Source: a virus
Lineage: Duplodnaviria > Caudoviricetes
IMG/VR virus record: IMGVR_UViG_3300026274_000001
DNA: 64,000 nucleotides
Strand: one strand, 5' to 3'
Positions within the stretch are counted from its first letter, which is position 1, and each line of letters begins with the position of its first letter. Below are positions 48,166-57,976 of this stretch, in pieces. Below the pieces are notes generated by a model, which did no database searches, was not told where the DNA came from, and was given only the letters and a program-made list of their open reading frames with translations. Made by a program: the position numbers and the translations under genes.

Positions 48166-49056
48166 ATGTCAAGCGTATTACAAAACTTACAAAAGCGTCA
48201 ACTGATTAACGCCCCTGCTTACGTTGTTTCGAATATTCAATATGAAACAATCATGGGCTCGGAATCGTACGGCGTGGCAAATGATGATAGTGATCGGGAC
48301 GTATACGGTTTTTGCTTTCCGCCAAAGGATATCATCTTTCCGCATTTGGATGGTCACATCAACGGATTCGGCCCAGAACCGCAGAAATTTGAACAGTGGC
48401 AGCAGCATCACATCATTGACAAGGAATCCCGTAAGGAATATGATCTGTCGATCTACAGCATTGTGAAATATTTTTCACTGCTGATGGAAAACAATCCGAA
48501 CATGATCGACAGTATCTTCACCCCACGTCGTTGCGTGTTGCATTCGACCAAGGTTGCTGAAGTAGTTCGTGACCGACGCAAAGAATTCCTGCACAAGGGT
48601 TGCTGGCACAAGTTCAAGGGCTACTCGTTTGCACAATTGAGCAAAATCAAGAACAAGACCAACTCATCCAACCCAAAGCGGGCGGAATCGATTGCAAAGT
48701 TCGGTTACGATGTCAAGTTCGGCTATCACGTTATTCGTCTGTTGAACGAATGCGAGCAGATCTTGATGACTGGTGATCTTAATCTTGAACAGAATCGAGA
48801 ACAATTGAAATCCGTTCGTCGTGGTGAATGGACGCTTTTGCAGATTGATGAATTCTTTGAGAGTAAGCAAAAGACACTTGAAAACTTGTATGCTTCAAGC
48901 ACGTTGCAACATTCACCAGATGTGGCAGTATTGCGTGAACTGCTGTTGAACTGCATCGAAGAACATTACGGCAAAGTTAGTGCTGTGGTAGTACGTAACG
49001 ATTCCATGGGTAACCTGATCGGTGACATGGAACAATTATTGGCAAAATACAAATAA
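48166..49056 (+). CDS. RlaP/YcgL-like Pol-beta nucleotidyltransferase
   Basis: MGSESYGVANDDSDRDVYG; KFKGY; YHVIRLL. Confidence 0.8.
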   Translation: MSSVLQNLQKRQLINAPAYVVSNIQYETIMGSESYGVANDDSDRDVYGFCFPPKDIIFPHLDGHINGFGPEPQKFEQWQQHHIIDKESRKEYDLSIYSIVKYFSLLMENNPNMIDSIFTPRRCVLHSTKVAEVVRDRRKEFLHKGCWHKFKGYSFAQLSKIKNKTNSSNPKRAESIAKFGYDVKFGYHVIRLLNECEQILMTGDLNLEQNREQLKSVRRGEWTLLQIDEFFESKQKTLENLYASSTLQHSPDVAVLRELLLNCIEEHYGKVSAVVVRNDSMGNLIGDMEQLLAKYK

Positions 49057-49544
49057 TGAATGAATTGTATCTATACACCCCAAAACCATATTGGAGTTTT
49101 GAGGTTAATAATATTGAAGAGCGCCGTAATTGTAAGTATGTAGGTGACTTTGCAATCAAAGATCGTAATGGTAATTGGGGTGAAGTGCCTTGTGCTATTT
49201 TCTGGCAGGAGCAACCACCAGTAGCTGGCTATTCACATTATTTTGCTGTGTTTGCGAAAGCTGGTGATAAGAATGCGTATATCACCAGTGCTGCATCAAT
49301 TGAAGATATGGTGATGACGGGAATGGTTGCTGATAACGGTGAAGTAATTTATAGTCGTTATCGTCATGACTGCGTTTATAGTACTGATGGGACAGCAATG
49401 ATCGACGGTGGGCGAGATTACGTTCGTTCGCTGTTTCCGTGCAGACCAGTAAACGTTAAGCTGGTAGGTCCCAATCTAGTGATCGAGGAGGTGCCTCTTG
49501 ATGAACCAGGAACTGACGACCAAGTTATTCAACAAGTATCCTGA
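49056..49544 (+). CDS. hypothetical phage protein
   Basis: YSRYRHD...IDGGRDY. Confidence 0.75.
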   Translation: MNELYLYTPKPYWSFEVNNIEERRNCKYVGDFAIKDRNGNWGEVPCAIFWQEQPPVAGYSHYFAVFAKAGDKNAYITSAASIEDMVMTGMVADNGEVIYSRYRHDCVYSTDGTAMIDGGRDYVRSLFPCRPVNVKLVGPNLVIEEVPLDEPGTDDQVIQQVS

Positions 49545-50016
49545 ACTGTTTGCAAGACATACTGATCCCAAGTCAGATATGTCACATGGTATCTTTTGTG
49601 ATGACGGTTGGTATCAATTGATTGAAACCACGTGCAGAACGATTCAGAAATATATCAATACTGCTCATTTGTTTCAAAGCGGTCGGATCAATATGCCTGA
49701 GTCAGTAGCGCAAATTGAGTTTGACAGCGTAAAAGAGAAATTCGGGAAGTTGCGCTTTAGCGTGTGGGAATGTCCCGATCCATCAATTCTCAATATGATG
49801 CAATTGATCGAAACACTGTCCGGTCATGTATGCGAAGTGACTGGTAATGTCGGTGAGACCTATTTGATCGATGGTCGGCAAGTGAAGACTCTTTGCAAAG
49901 AAGAGGCGGAAAAGCGTGGTGCGGTGTTGATGGAACACAGTCCGTTCCATGATGACTACGGGCTGGAAGCGCTTCGCCTAATTGCAGCCAATCCAGCTGA
50001 CTATAAGAAAGATTAA
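49501..50016 (+). CDS. hypothetical phage protein
   Basis: CDDGW...KEKFGKLRF...CEVTG. Confidence 0.75.
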   Translation: MNQELTTKLFNKYPELFARHTDPKSDMSHGIFCDDGWYQLIETTCRTIQKYINTAHLFQSGRINMPESVAQIEFDSVKEKFGKLRFSVWECPDPSILNMMQLIETLSGHVCEVTGNVGETYLIDGRQVKTLCKEEAEKRGAVLMEHSPFHDDYGLEALRLIAANPADYKKD

Positions 50017-50031
50017 GAAACCAAGTTTTAA

Positions 50032-50059
50032 AAAGGCACAAGTCAAGGCTTGTGCCTTT
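50032..50059 (+). terminator. hairpin terminator
   Basis: AAAGGCACAAG-TCAAGG-CTTGTGCCTTT. Confidence 0.7.
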
Positions 50060-50106
50060 CGCCATTCGAGTGTATCATATGAATAAGCTAAAACACCGGA
50101 GAATAT

Positions 50107-51333
50107 ATGAGCACGTTTGCCGTAAAAGTTCGCAAAATCAAACTGATGCCCCACCCGAAGGCTGACCGCCTAGATATCGCAGTAGTCGATGACTACCAAT
50201 CGTGTGTTCGCAAGGGCGACTTTGCTGACGGCGATCTGGCGGTTTATATTCCAGAGGGCGCCGTTCTCCCCGACTACGTTCTCAAAGAAGTTGGTTTGTG
50301 GAACGAAGCAGAGAACAAGGGTATGGCTGCTGGCGAACTGGGCGACCGTATTCATGCTGTGCGACTCCGTGATGTGTTAAGTCAAGGTGTGCTGCTGAGC
50401 ATTCCAGGTTTCTGGCGTGTGGGTGACGCACTCGAAAAACAAGACAAACTCACTGCTGAACAGATAGTTGATTTCAACTTTTACCATCAAGCTGGTATGA
50501 AAGAAGGCGAAGACGTTCAGCATCTAATCAATGTGATCAAGTACCAGCCTGAACTGCCTCCCTTCATGGAAGGCGATATTATGGAATTGTTTGATCATAC
50601 ACGACACTTTGATTTGGAAGATGAAAAGCGTTTTCCCAATGCGCTCATCCCCGGCGAAGAAGTAGTTATGACGGAAAAGCTGCATGGTTTATTCTGCCAG
50701 ATTGGTGTTATTCCCAGTCTCAAAGATGAACGACTGCTTGATGGTCATATGTTCGCCACCAGCAAGGGCTTTGCTAATGACGGTATCGTGTTCGAAAATA
50801 CTGAACGCAATACCATCGTGAACGTGTACCACAAGACCCTTCTGCGTTTGCAAGATAAGTTCAAAGCGCTTGCGATGCGTGTGAGCAATATTGAAGTGCT
50901 CAAATTGATGCGTGATAGTGATACCATTGTTGAAGATCAGCAAGTGTTTATTCTTGGCGAAATCTTCGGCATGGGCTCTGGTCAGGATTTGCATTATGGT
51001 CTGACTGAAGTTGATTTCCGAGTATTCGACATTTACGTTGGTCCACCAACGCAAGGTCGATATCTTGATTACGATGAAGTTGTGGTGGGATGCAAAGACA
51101 TTCTTGAAACTGTTCCGCTGCTATACCGAGGCCCGTACGATAAAGCTACTATTCTCAAACACCGGGAAGGTAAAACTACGTTCGGTGCCGCTAATGTGCT
51201 GGAAGGTGGAGTAGTGAAGCCCACTACTGAACGGCGTGATCTAGAACTTGGTCGAGTAATTTTGAAGTTTATCAACCCAGACTATTTGACTCGTAAAGGT
51301 AAAAAGGGGCAGCAGGTAACTGAATTTACCTAA
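50107..51333 (+). CDS. Rnl2-like RNA ligase with N-terminal OB/tRNA-binding-like domain (DRB0094 family)
   Basis: HPKADRL...RLRDVLSQG; TEKLHG; GEIFG; EGGVV; LKFINPDYL. Confidence 0.85.
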   Translation: MSTFAVKVRKIKLMPHPKADRLDIAVVDDYQSCVRKGDFADGDLAVYIPEGAVLPDYVLKEVGLWNEAENKGMAAGELGDRIHAVRLRDVLSQGVLLSIPGFWRVGDALEKQDKLTAEQIVDFNFYHQAGMKEGEDVQHLINVIKYQPELPPFMEGDIMELFDHTRHFDLEDEKRFPNALIPGEEVVMTEKLHGLFCQIGVIPSLKDERLLDGHMFATSKGFANDGIVFENTERNTIVNVYHKTLLRLQDKFKALAMRVSNIEVLKLMRDSDTIVEDQQVFILGEIFGMGSGQDLHYGLTEVDFRVFDIYVGPPTQGRYLDYDEVVVGCKDILETVPLLYRGPYDKATILKHREGKTTFGAANVLEGGVVKPTTERRDLELGRVILKFINPDYLTRKGKKGQQVTEFT

Positions 51334-51398
51334 ACGCGTATAATCTGTAATTCTATACCGTAGATCATAAGGCAATTCCATTCTTTTTGGAGCATGCT

Positions 51399-51758
51399 AT
51401 GAACCACAGCCCGTATAAGATTACAGTTGTTACGAAGAAGGCGAAATCAAAGAAAGATGATTTGATGCATCACCTGGTTTATTCTGATCAACTTGAATCG
51501 TTAGCTACCACGGTTTATAGCACGCTGAAACAGTTTGAGATCTACGGTGGGAATGATGAAGAACTGTACGAGATCGGAAATATGCAGCCGGGTGCTCTTG
51601 CTGGCGAAGATTATGAAACACTAGAAGGTGATTGTAAGATTCGCAGTGAATGCTTTATTGATGACGTACACGTATTGTTGATTGATTTGATTTCAAAGGG
51701 TGAATTGCCCGCTGGTCAATATCATGTTCGAGTGAGGAAACCGCATCATGCAAGTTGA
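51399..51758 (+). CDS. hypothetical protein
   Basis: GGAG RBS. Confidence 0.7.
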   Translation: MNHSPYKITVVTKKAKSKKDDLMHHLVYSDQLESLATTVYSTLKQFEIYGGNDEELYEIGNMQPGALAGEDYETLEGDCKIRSECFIDDVHVLLIDLISKGELPAGQYHVRVRKPHHAS

Positions 51759-52029
51759 CGACGATTCAGTTGACAGTTCCATTCTCACAGATCTGCGTAA
51801 AGCACAGCATCGAGAGTGGAAAGACGAAAACCTGGACGTGATACGATCGAGTCGTATTCCATATCGAAGCACTAACAACGGTGAGTCATTGTTGTTTCGA
51901 GAACCAGGTAAACCGAAAGTTGATTTCTTTCCATCAACTGGGCGGTGGCGTGTAGTTAGCGGTAATGCAAGGACTATGGGCGGGCATGCCATGAAGTTTC
52001 TTGAGTGGTATGCTGAGCAAACGGTGTGA
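51748..52029 (+). CDS. hypothetical protein
   Basis: VDFFPSTGRW. Confidence 0.7.
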   Translation: MQVDDDSVDSSILTDLRKAQHREWKDENLDVIRSSRIPYRSTNNGESLLFREPGKPKVDFFPSTGRWRVVSGNARTMGGHAMKFLEWYAEQTV

Positions 52030-52310
52030 AGAAATTACTTAGTTATTCCATTCAACAGACTGATGATTGGATTTATGTCAATCTAATTGGGTACACGTTC
52101 AAAGACTTTTACTATTGCGAAGATCAATTAAATTGGCTCGCTGACTATTATGGTTCGCCAACTTACGAACAAGCAAATATGAAAGTGTTTGGTGGTAACT
52201 CGGCCTTCATCACACTAGTGGATGGAAAAACAAAAGAAGATGATCCCGTATATCGCTTTGGTTTCAAACAATCAGCTGATGCGGTGAATTTCTATTTGAC
52301 GTTCATGTAA
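52026..52310 (+). CDS. FKLxW-family-like protein
   Basis: QLNWLADYYG...FGFKQSADAVNFYLTF. Confidence 0.6.
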   Translation: MKKLLSYSIQQTDDWIYVNLIGYTFKDFYYCEDQLNWLADYYGSPTYEQANMKVFGGNSAFITLVDGKTKEDDPVYRFGFKQSADAVNFYLTFM

Positions 52311-52401
52311 CTGATTAAAAATAGTTGTTGCCAGTTCACACAACTGGCAATTAGGTGCTACAATTGCGTTGCCGTAAATACAAACCACAAAAGGCAATGA
52401 T

Positions 52402-52674
52402 ATGAGTATCCTAAAATATTGGCGTATTTTTGCAACAATTATTGTTATTGCTGCTGCTACGCTGGTAAGCAACATCGTAAGTGGCATTTCTGGCACGCTT
52501 TCTGGTGCTATCGCGGTAAATCAAATGAATGGTGGGAATGCAGGTTACATTGCTGCACGAGCGGCAAATGGCCCATCATTCGCAATCGAACTCTTAGTTA
52601 CGCTGATGGTAGTGTTGCTAATGATCGCAATCTGGGCCCCTGCTGTAAAGCGGTTGGTCAATAACTCAAAGTAA
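52402..52674 (+). CDS. two-TM membrane protein
   Basis: two hydrophobic helices upstream of the SPFH gene. Confidence 0.75.
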   Translation: MSILKYWRIFATIIVIAAATLVSNIVSGISGTLSGAIAVNQMNGGNAGYIAARAANGPSFAIELLVTLMVVLLMIAIWAPAVKRLVNNSK

Positions 52675-52691
52675 AGGTATCATCTAGCATC

Positions 52692-53687
52692 ATGAAAAAG
52701 CTTATCACGCTTTCGGTCGCACTCGCACTGCCATTCTTACTCGCTGCTTGTGGTCCCCCAAATCTTGAAGAAGTACATGAAATCAAGCCGAACGAAACTG
52801 CATTTTTGATTCAATTGGAAGGCAATGCTAACCAGCAGAAACTCCCAAGCGAAGAAATGTTGCAGAAGAATATGGTTGCAGCAAAGCGTATTTCCATTCC
52901 ACACCGAGAGTTGGTAACTGGTCGTGGTATGGGTTCCTACGAATGGATCCCAACAGCACGTTTGATCGTTGTTGATCGTTCGCCAATTACCCGTGAATGG
53001 ACATCTACTGATCGCAGCGCAACTAAGCGAGATCAGATGATTGGTGTTGAATCGTCCGAAAGTATTGGTTGGCATATGGGTGTTACTATCACGGCTTCCA
53101 TTCCAGAAGATATGGCAGCAAAGTTTTTGTATAACTTTGGTGGCAAAACTCTTCAAGATGTGGCTGATAACAACATTCGTAACTTTGTGCAGTCACAACT
53201 CAGTACTGAGTTTGGTGAGAATCCACTTGACTACGATACGAAGCACAAGAAAGAAGTGTTTGCCTCCGCGGAAGCTGCTACTAAGAAGTTCTTTGGTGAT
53301 CGCGGTGTAGAGATTGATAATCTTGGCTATACGGAAGGTATGGTATACGACAACAAGAATATACAAGATTCTATCGATGCAAACTTCCAGAAGGAAATGA
53401 GTATCACTGCTGCACAAAATGAAGCCAAAGCGCAAGATCAGCGCAATGGTATGAAAATTGCAATGGCAACGGCCGATCGACAAGCTGCTGAACAGTTTGC
53501 TCAAGCGCAAGCTGCTGGTGAAGCTAAGTTCGATATGGAAACTCGTCGTATGTATGCCCAAGCTGCTCTGAATATCTCAGAGAAATGGCAAGGTGGTGTA
53601 CCACAATCCATCACAACTATGGGTGGACCAGGTGGTGGAGTAAATCCGCTGGCTATGTTCAATGTTAACCCACAAGCCAGTAAGTAA
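52692..53687 (+). CDS. SPFH/band-7-like lipoprotein
   Basis: lipobox LAAC; SPFH-like core; Ala/Gln-rich coiled coil; KWQGGVP end. Confidence 0.7.
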   Translation: MKKLITLSVALALPFLLAACGPPNLEEVHEIKPNETAFLIQLEGNANQQKLPSEEMLQKNMVAAKRISIPHRELVTGRGMGSYEWIPTARLIVVDRSPITREWTSTDRSATKRDQMIGVESSESIGWHMGVTITASIPEDMAAKFLYNFGGKTLQDVADNNIRNFVQSQLSTEFGENPLDYDTKHKKEVFASAEAATKKFFGDRGVEIDNLGYTEGMVYDNKNIQDSIDANFQKEMSITAAQNEAKAQDQRNGMKIAMATADRQAAEQFAQAQAAGEAKFDMETRRMYAQAALNISEKWQGGVPQSITTMGGPGGGVNPLAMFNVNPQASK

Positions 53688-53703
53688 TTTAGAGAAGTAA
53701 ATA

Positions 53704-54240
53704 ATGATGGCTGCTAATAGCAGCCATCATTCATTCATAAAAATGCTAATCCACTTCATTCCCTTTTTCGTAATCGCTGCTGTCTTTGCATCATACTGGG
53801 GCGGTGTAAAGTATCGTCAACATTTATCCCATGTAAGACATACTGATTGTCAACACATTTTACTTAACGAAATAAATCACGACACTACGGTCACCGTAGC
53901 TGCCAATAGTGGCATTGTCCTGATACTCGAAGATATTCCAAGCACTGGGTATCAATGGTTCATGGTCAATGCAGCCAGTTCTATTCTCACGTTGATGAAT
54001 GATGGGCAACACACTCCATTGGAAGGTTCTGATCCATTTGGTGGTGAATTATCTGTTGGTGGTGGTGGCACAATGCTGTGGCGCTTCTGGGCGAACAACA
54101 TTGGTGTCGAGACTCTTAAGCTACGTTACCGTCGGCCCTGGGAGTCTTTTGATCAAACACACACCGACTATAACGTGACTATTGCAGTGGTACCTGAAGC
54201 AAAAGTAGCCAATAAAACTTTCAAGTTGAAAATTTGCTAA
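53704..54240 (+). CDS. membrane-anchored chagasin/I42-type cysteine protease inhibitor
   Basis: N-terminal TM; LEDIPSTGYQW, VGGGG, LRYRRPWE. Confidence 0.75.
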   Translation: MMAANSSHHSFIKMLIHFIPFFVIAAVFASYWGGVKYRQHLSHVRHTDCQHILLNEINHDTTVTVAANSGIVLILEDIPSTGYQWFMVNAASSILTLMNDGQHTPLEGSDPFGGELSVGGGGTMLWRFWANNIGVETLKLRYRRPWESFDQTHTDYNVTIAVVPEAKVANKTFKLKIC

Positions 54241-54335
54241 CTGGCAATATATTGTGCTTGTATATGTTGCCATATTGTGTAGAATTGGTTTGTGGCAAGT
54301 AACACATAAACCAACTACTCCGAAACTCAGGCACC

Positions 54336-55001
54336 ATGCAAGCACTCCAAGCAATTAACTTTTCGCAAGAAGTTTTCAAAACCATCGTTCAGTACGGCCC
54401 TATCAATTATGCGGCAATCGCAAGCCAACTCGAATCGACCTCTTCAGTAGTAAGTAAAACCGTGTATGAGCTGGTTAAACGCGGGTACGTTGCACGCACT
54501 GAAGACACCTTCGGTAACATCACGTTTACCGCGCTTGTTGAAGAACAAGATGTGACGTTCTACGTCAAACGTAAGCCAGCTGCTACGTTGTTTGCTGGTC
54601 GTGCGCTTAAAGCAAAGCAGACTACCAATGCAGTGGCAACAGTAGCCAAGGCGCAAATCACGCCAGAGAAGAAAGTCACACAACTTGAAGAAATTTTCAA
54701 CTATATCGCAGACTTTGCCAAGCCCAGTCTGAACCCCACCGAAGTGCATGATGCATTTCCGGAATTTACATACAGTATGGTTTCCAGTGCTATGTGGAAG
54801 CTAGTCAATAAGCACAAGTATCTGATCAACAATGACGGTCAATACTCGCTGGCTATCAAGAAAGCAGATGCGGTGTTTAGTAACGGCGGTCGGCCTGTAG
54901 GTTCATACAAGAATGTGATTAATGTGAACGGTCAGGAAATCAAGATCAAAGCCACGGAAGCTATTCGTCTGTTCAAGCAACTGAACAAGCATTACGGTTA
55001 A
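54336..55001 (+). CDS. tandem winged-HTH DNA-binding protein
   Basis: two wHTH-like units (VSKTVYELVKRGYV; VSSAMWKLVNKHKYL). Confidence 0.65.
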   Translation: MQALQAINFSQEVFKTIVQYGPINYAAIASQLESTSSVVSKTVYELVKRGYVARTEDTFGNITFTALVEEQDVTFYVKRKPAATLFAGRALKAKQTTNAVATVAKAQITPEKKVTQLEEIFNYIADFAKPSLNPTEVHDAFPEFTYSMVSSAMWKLVNKHKYLINNDGQYSLAIKKADAVFSNGGRPVGSYKNVINVNGQEIKIKATEAIRLFKQLNKHYG

Positions 55002-55060
55002 TACTTGAACGTTATTTCTGGCGCTATACTGACAGGCAGACAAACCTCTCGGAGCGCCAG

Positions 55061-55291
55061 ATGTATACCATGGATGAAAGCACTTGGGTACGATGTGATC
55101 GAGTTCCCAATGAAGCTGGTTGGTATGAAGTGACTAGATTTTGCGAAGACGGAACTCGGTATAAAGTACAATGCAAGAAGCTTTATTGGTGTGTATCCGG
55201 TTGGTTTTATGATGAAGATTGTTGTGTACCTGCCGCAATGAATTCAGAAAACCAAGATTCCTGGCTGAGCAAAAATCGTCCATTCATGTGA
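55061..55291 (+). CDS. hypothetical protein
   Basis: GGAG RBS; P...GWYEV...LYW. Confidence 0.65.
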   Translation: MYTMDESTWVRCDRVPNEAGWYEVTRFCEDGTRYKVQCKKLYWCVSGWFYDEDCCVPAAMNSENQDSWLSKNRPFM

Positions 55292-55473
55292 CTTCGCTAC
55301 CTGAAATAAACGCAATACTCACCCTAGTTGCATTCTCATTTGGAATGGGGATGCTGTTTGCCTCATGGTTAGTGTGGCGTTCATCTAGGTATGTCCCACA
55401 CTTCGCATTCAATGCAGGGTTGCTGTTCGTCATCTATGCAGTAATTTCAATAATAGCATTTATTGCATCCTGA
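55288..55473 (+). CDS. small membrane protein
   Basis: two hydrophobic helices; GTG start inferred. Confidence 0.5.
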   Translation: MTSLPEINAILTLVAFSFGMGMLFASWLVWRSSRYVPHFAFNAGLLFVIYAVISIIAFIAS

Positions 55474-55505
55474 TTTACCCGCTTCACCAGTCAAAAATAA
55501 TAATA

Positions 55506-56075
55506 ATGAAAACGGCTGAACTACGATACTCCAACGTCTACGATTCACTTGAATATAGAGCCATCAAGAATTTCTATGGCAAGCGAACTGCTGAACGTAG
55601 CCAAGTGCCCTTGATTCATCATATACTTGAAGGGTGTAGCATTATGCTTGCTATTGGTGCAGACAGTGATGCGTGTAATGCATATATGCTACACCCCCTG
55701 TTTCAAGCTGATGCAGAACTCCATACAGTCGGTTACGACTATGCACGATATGCCACGAACGCAGTACCAGTCGCACTAGCGTTTGAGTATCGCATTTACG
55801 CAAATGCTTGGTTGTCAGATAAGGTGATCCGTCAAGGAGCCAGTCTGATGCAAATTGGAAAACCAACACCAGGTCCCAATCCGTTGATCAAGCAAATGTT
55901 GATTGCTGATAAGGTTCAAAACAAGAAAGACTTTGATTTGTATCACAAAGGCAAGCATGCACGTTCGGATGAATTGGAATGGTACTTCAATGAATGGTTG
56001 AATGTTCTAGATATCGACCAACAAAAATACAACGAATTGGTTGCCATTGCATCTGCGGTTACACCAGTTCTATAA
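55506..56075 (+). CDS. HD-like metal-binding hypothetical protein
   Basis: HHILEG, LHP, ADKVQN, H..S. Confidence 0.55.
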   Translation: MKTAELRYSNVYDSLEYRAIKNFYGKRTAERSQVPLIHHILEGCSIMLAIGADSDACNAYMLHPLFQADAELHTVGYDYARYATNAVPVALAFEYRIYANAWLSDKVIRQGASLMQIGKPTPGPNPLIKQMLIADKVQNKKDFDLYHKGKHARSDELEWYFNEWLNVLDIDQQKYNELVAIASAVTPVL

Positions 56076-56108
56076 AGTAAATTACAATAAGTCACTGGCA
56101 ACTAATTC

Positions 56109-56786
56109 ATGCACACGATAACAAGCGGAAACGAAGGCATCATCAGGTCTTTTAACACAGCGATCTCAGAGTTGAGAGAGGTTTTAGAAGAGTCAGGAGA
56201 ATTCATGCTTGCCAAATCAGTTGAAACTATTAATCTTACAATTGCTAATCTACAGAGAACAGTAACCAATTTAACTGGTGATGGATATATAGCTAATGAT
56301 CGCATCGAAGATGTGTTGGATGCCTATGGCATGGCCGAAATGACCTTGGATGACATTAAGAATATGGCTGCTCGATATTCTTACTCCTTTCCTGATGGTC
56401 AAATTAGGGCAATCCTGCATATCATTGGGCATTCCAGCACCATAGTCACAGTGCCACAAGGATGGATGGTGGTACCGGTTAGACTTAATCATGCAATGCG
56501 TACCGCAGCAGTAGAAGCAAGTGATGCAGATGACGGTATGGGTGACTTCTTCGATAGCGTCTACGAAGCAATGCTCGCAGCGAGTCCTAATCTGGGACAG
56601 CTGGTTGACAAACGATCAGCAGGCAAGATGGCTTTATTGGTAGGTGCCGAACCAGTGTATGATCTTACCGGAAACGGTCCCCAATCCAGTAACTCACGAT
56701 TTCTCCCAATCGAATCAGTTACTTTTACCGCTAAGCAACTGGATTTCTTTGTTGATGCGGTGGTCGGGTTAGATCGTGTGAGTTGA
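56109..56786 (+). CDS. hypothetical protein
   Basis: 225-aa ORF. Confidence 0.7.
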   Translation: MHTITSGNEGIIRSFNTAISELREVLEESGEFMLAKSVETINLTIANLQRTVTNLTGDGYIANDRIEDVLDAYGMAEMTLDDIKNMAARYSYSFPDGQIRAILHIIGHSSTIVTVPQGWMVVPVRLNHAMRTAAVEASDADDGMGDFFDSVYEAMLAASPNLGQLVDKRSAGKMALLVGAEPVYDLTGNGPQSSNSRFLPIESVTFTAKQLDFFVDAVVGLDRVS

Positions 56787-56977
56787 TGTTCAGAATACGA
56801 TTATGGATACGTTGGTGGCAATGTGATCGAGCAATGGCAAAGTTGCTCCGAGATTATCCGTATGACAATGCAGAGACAGGTCTTGTTGAACTATATTACG
56901 TGCTTCACCGAAAAATGAATTTGATCGACGAATTGCTTGGTCGAGTGACAATAACAAAATACAAATACTGGGACTAA
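56786..56977 (+). CDS. hypothetical protein
   Basis: coupled ORF. Confidence 0.6.
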   Translation: MFRIRLWIRWWQCDRAMAKLLRDYPYDNAETGLVELYYVLHRKMNLIDELLGRVTITKYKYWD

Positions 56978-56981
56978 TGCA

Positions 56982-57407
56982 ATGTTCGATAACAAACTGT
57001 TCAGCGTCAATGGGCGCGGTGTTGGTACCTTGGCAAAAGCCCTCGAACTTTCATTGTATCAGGAATTCGGTGATGACAAAAGCTACGGTGGTGGAAATCA
57101 CACATTTACGGGCTTTAAGTTTAGCCCAACGGCAGGTCTTATACTTACGACTACGTTTCACCCAGATCCATCCAAGTATAGTACCTTCAACACACCATTG
57201 AATTGTCAAGATACTGCAGAATTCATTCATCACTGGCTACATGGTGCAGATGCGAAATCAGTACCTTTGGGAAGTTGGGAAGATGATTGCGATCACGATG
57301 GTCATAACACAATCGGCTGGCGAGTTTATGTGGGCGATTGGGGACAAATTGATGACTGGCATGGATTCATTGCGGTCAAACGCGTCTACCTCTGGCATGG
57401 AAAATGA
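56982..57407 (+). CDS. hypothetical phage protein
   Basis: DHDGHNTIGWRVY...W.GK. Confidence 0.7.
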   Translation: MFDNKLFSVNGRGVGTLAKALELSLYQEFGDDKSYGGGNHTFTGFKFSPTAGLILTTTFHPDPSKYSTFNTPLNCQDTAEFIHHWLHGADAKSVPLGSWEDDCDHDGHNTIGWRVYVGDWGQIDDWHGFIAVKRVYLWHGK

Positions 57408-57775
57408 ATATACCCTTTTACCTTATTGCAATTATTACATTCGCGGTGTTTTTCACATTAATGATGACACCAGTGATGTTCACCTCATGGGTCTGCAAGT
57501 ACCACGAACGATTTAAGCTTGCAAAATTATGCTTTGATTGGTACTTTACCTATGAGCATCTGATTACCACCAAGACCGCAAGGATCATTGGTGCCGTTGG
57601 TATTGCTTTTGGTATATTGACTATGTTTGGAGCTAAAATTCAACAGTATTGTGGTGATACCACAGCAGTAATATTTGCTAGCTTGGGACTAGCTCTCATG
57701 ACTATCTTTGCTGCAACCACTGCACTTGTCATGGCTCAAGCTGAATTAATAACCAAGCGTCGCCAAGGCTCTTGA
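57404..57775 (+). CDS. three-TM membrane protein
   Basis: three hydrophobic helices. Confidence 0.7.
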   Translation: MNIPFYLIAIITFAVFFTLMMTPVMFTSWVCKYHERFKLAKLCFDWYFTYEHLITTKTARIIGAVGIAFGILTMFGAKIQQYCGDTTAVIFASLGLALMTIFAATTALVMAQAELITKRRQGS

Positions 57776-57976
57776 TATTCAAATATAACTGCTAGTACTA
57801 AGTTAGGCTACCATCCTGCCAGAACGTCTAGTAGCCAGCGGTAACAATAAAAGGAGAGCGTAATAGTTCTCCTTTCTACCAACCACCGTATGATAAATTC
57901 CTGGTAAGGTACTAACTCTATTCGTCTTCTTATAGATACAGTACAACTAACCACCTCATATCATCACGGAACAATT

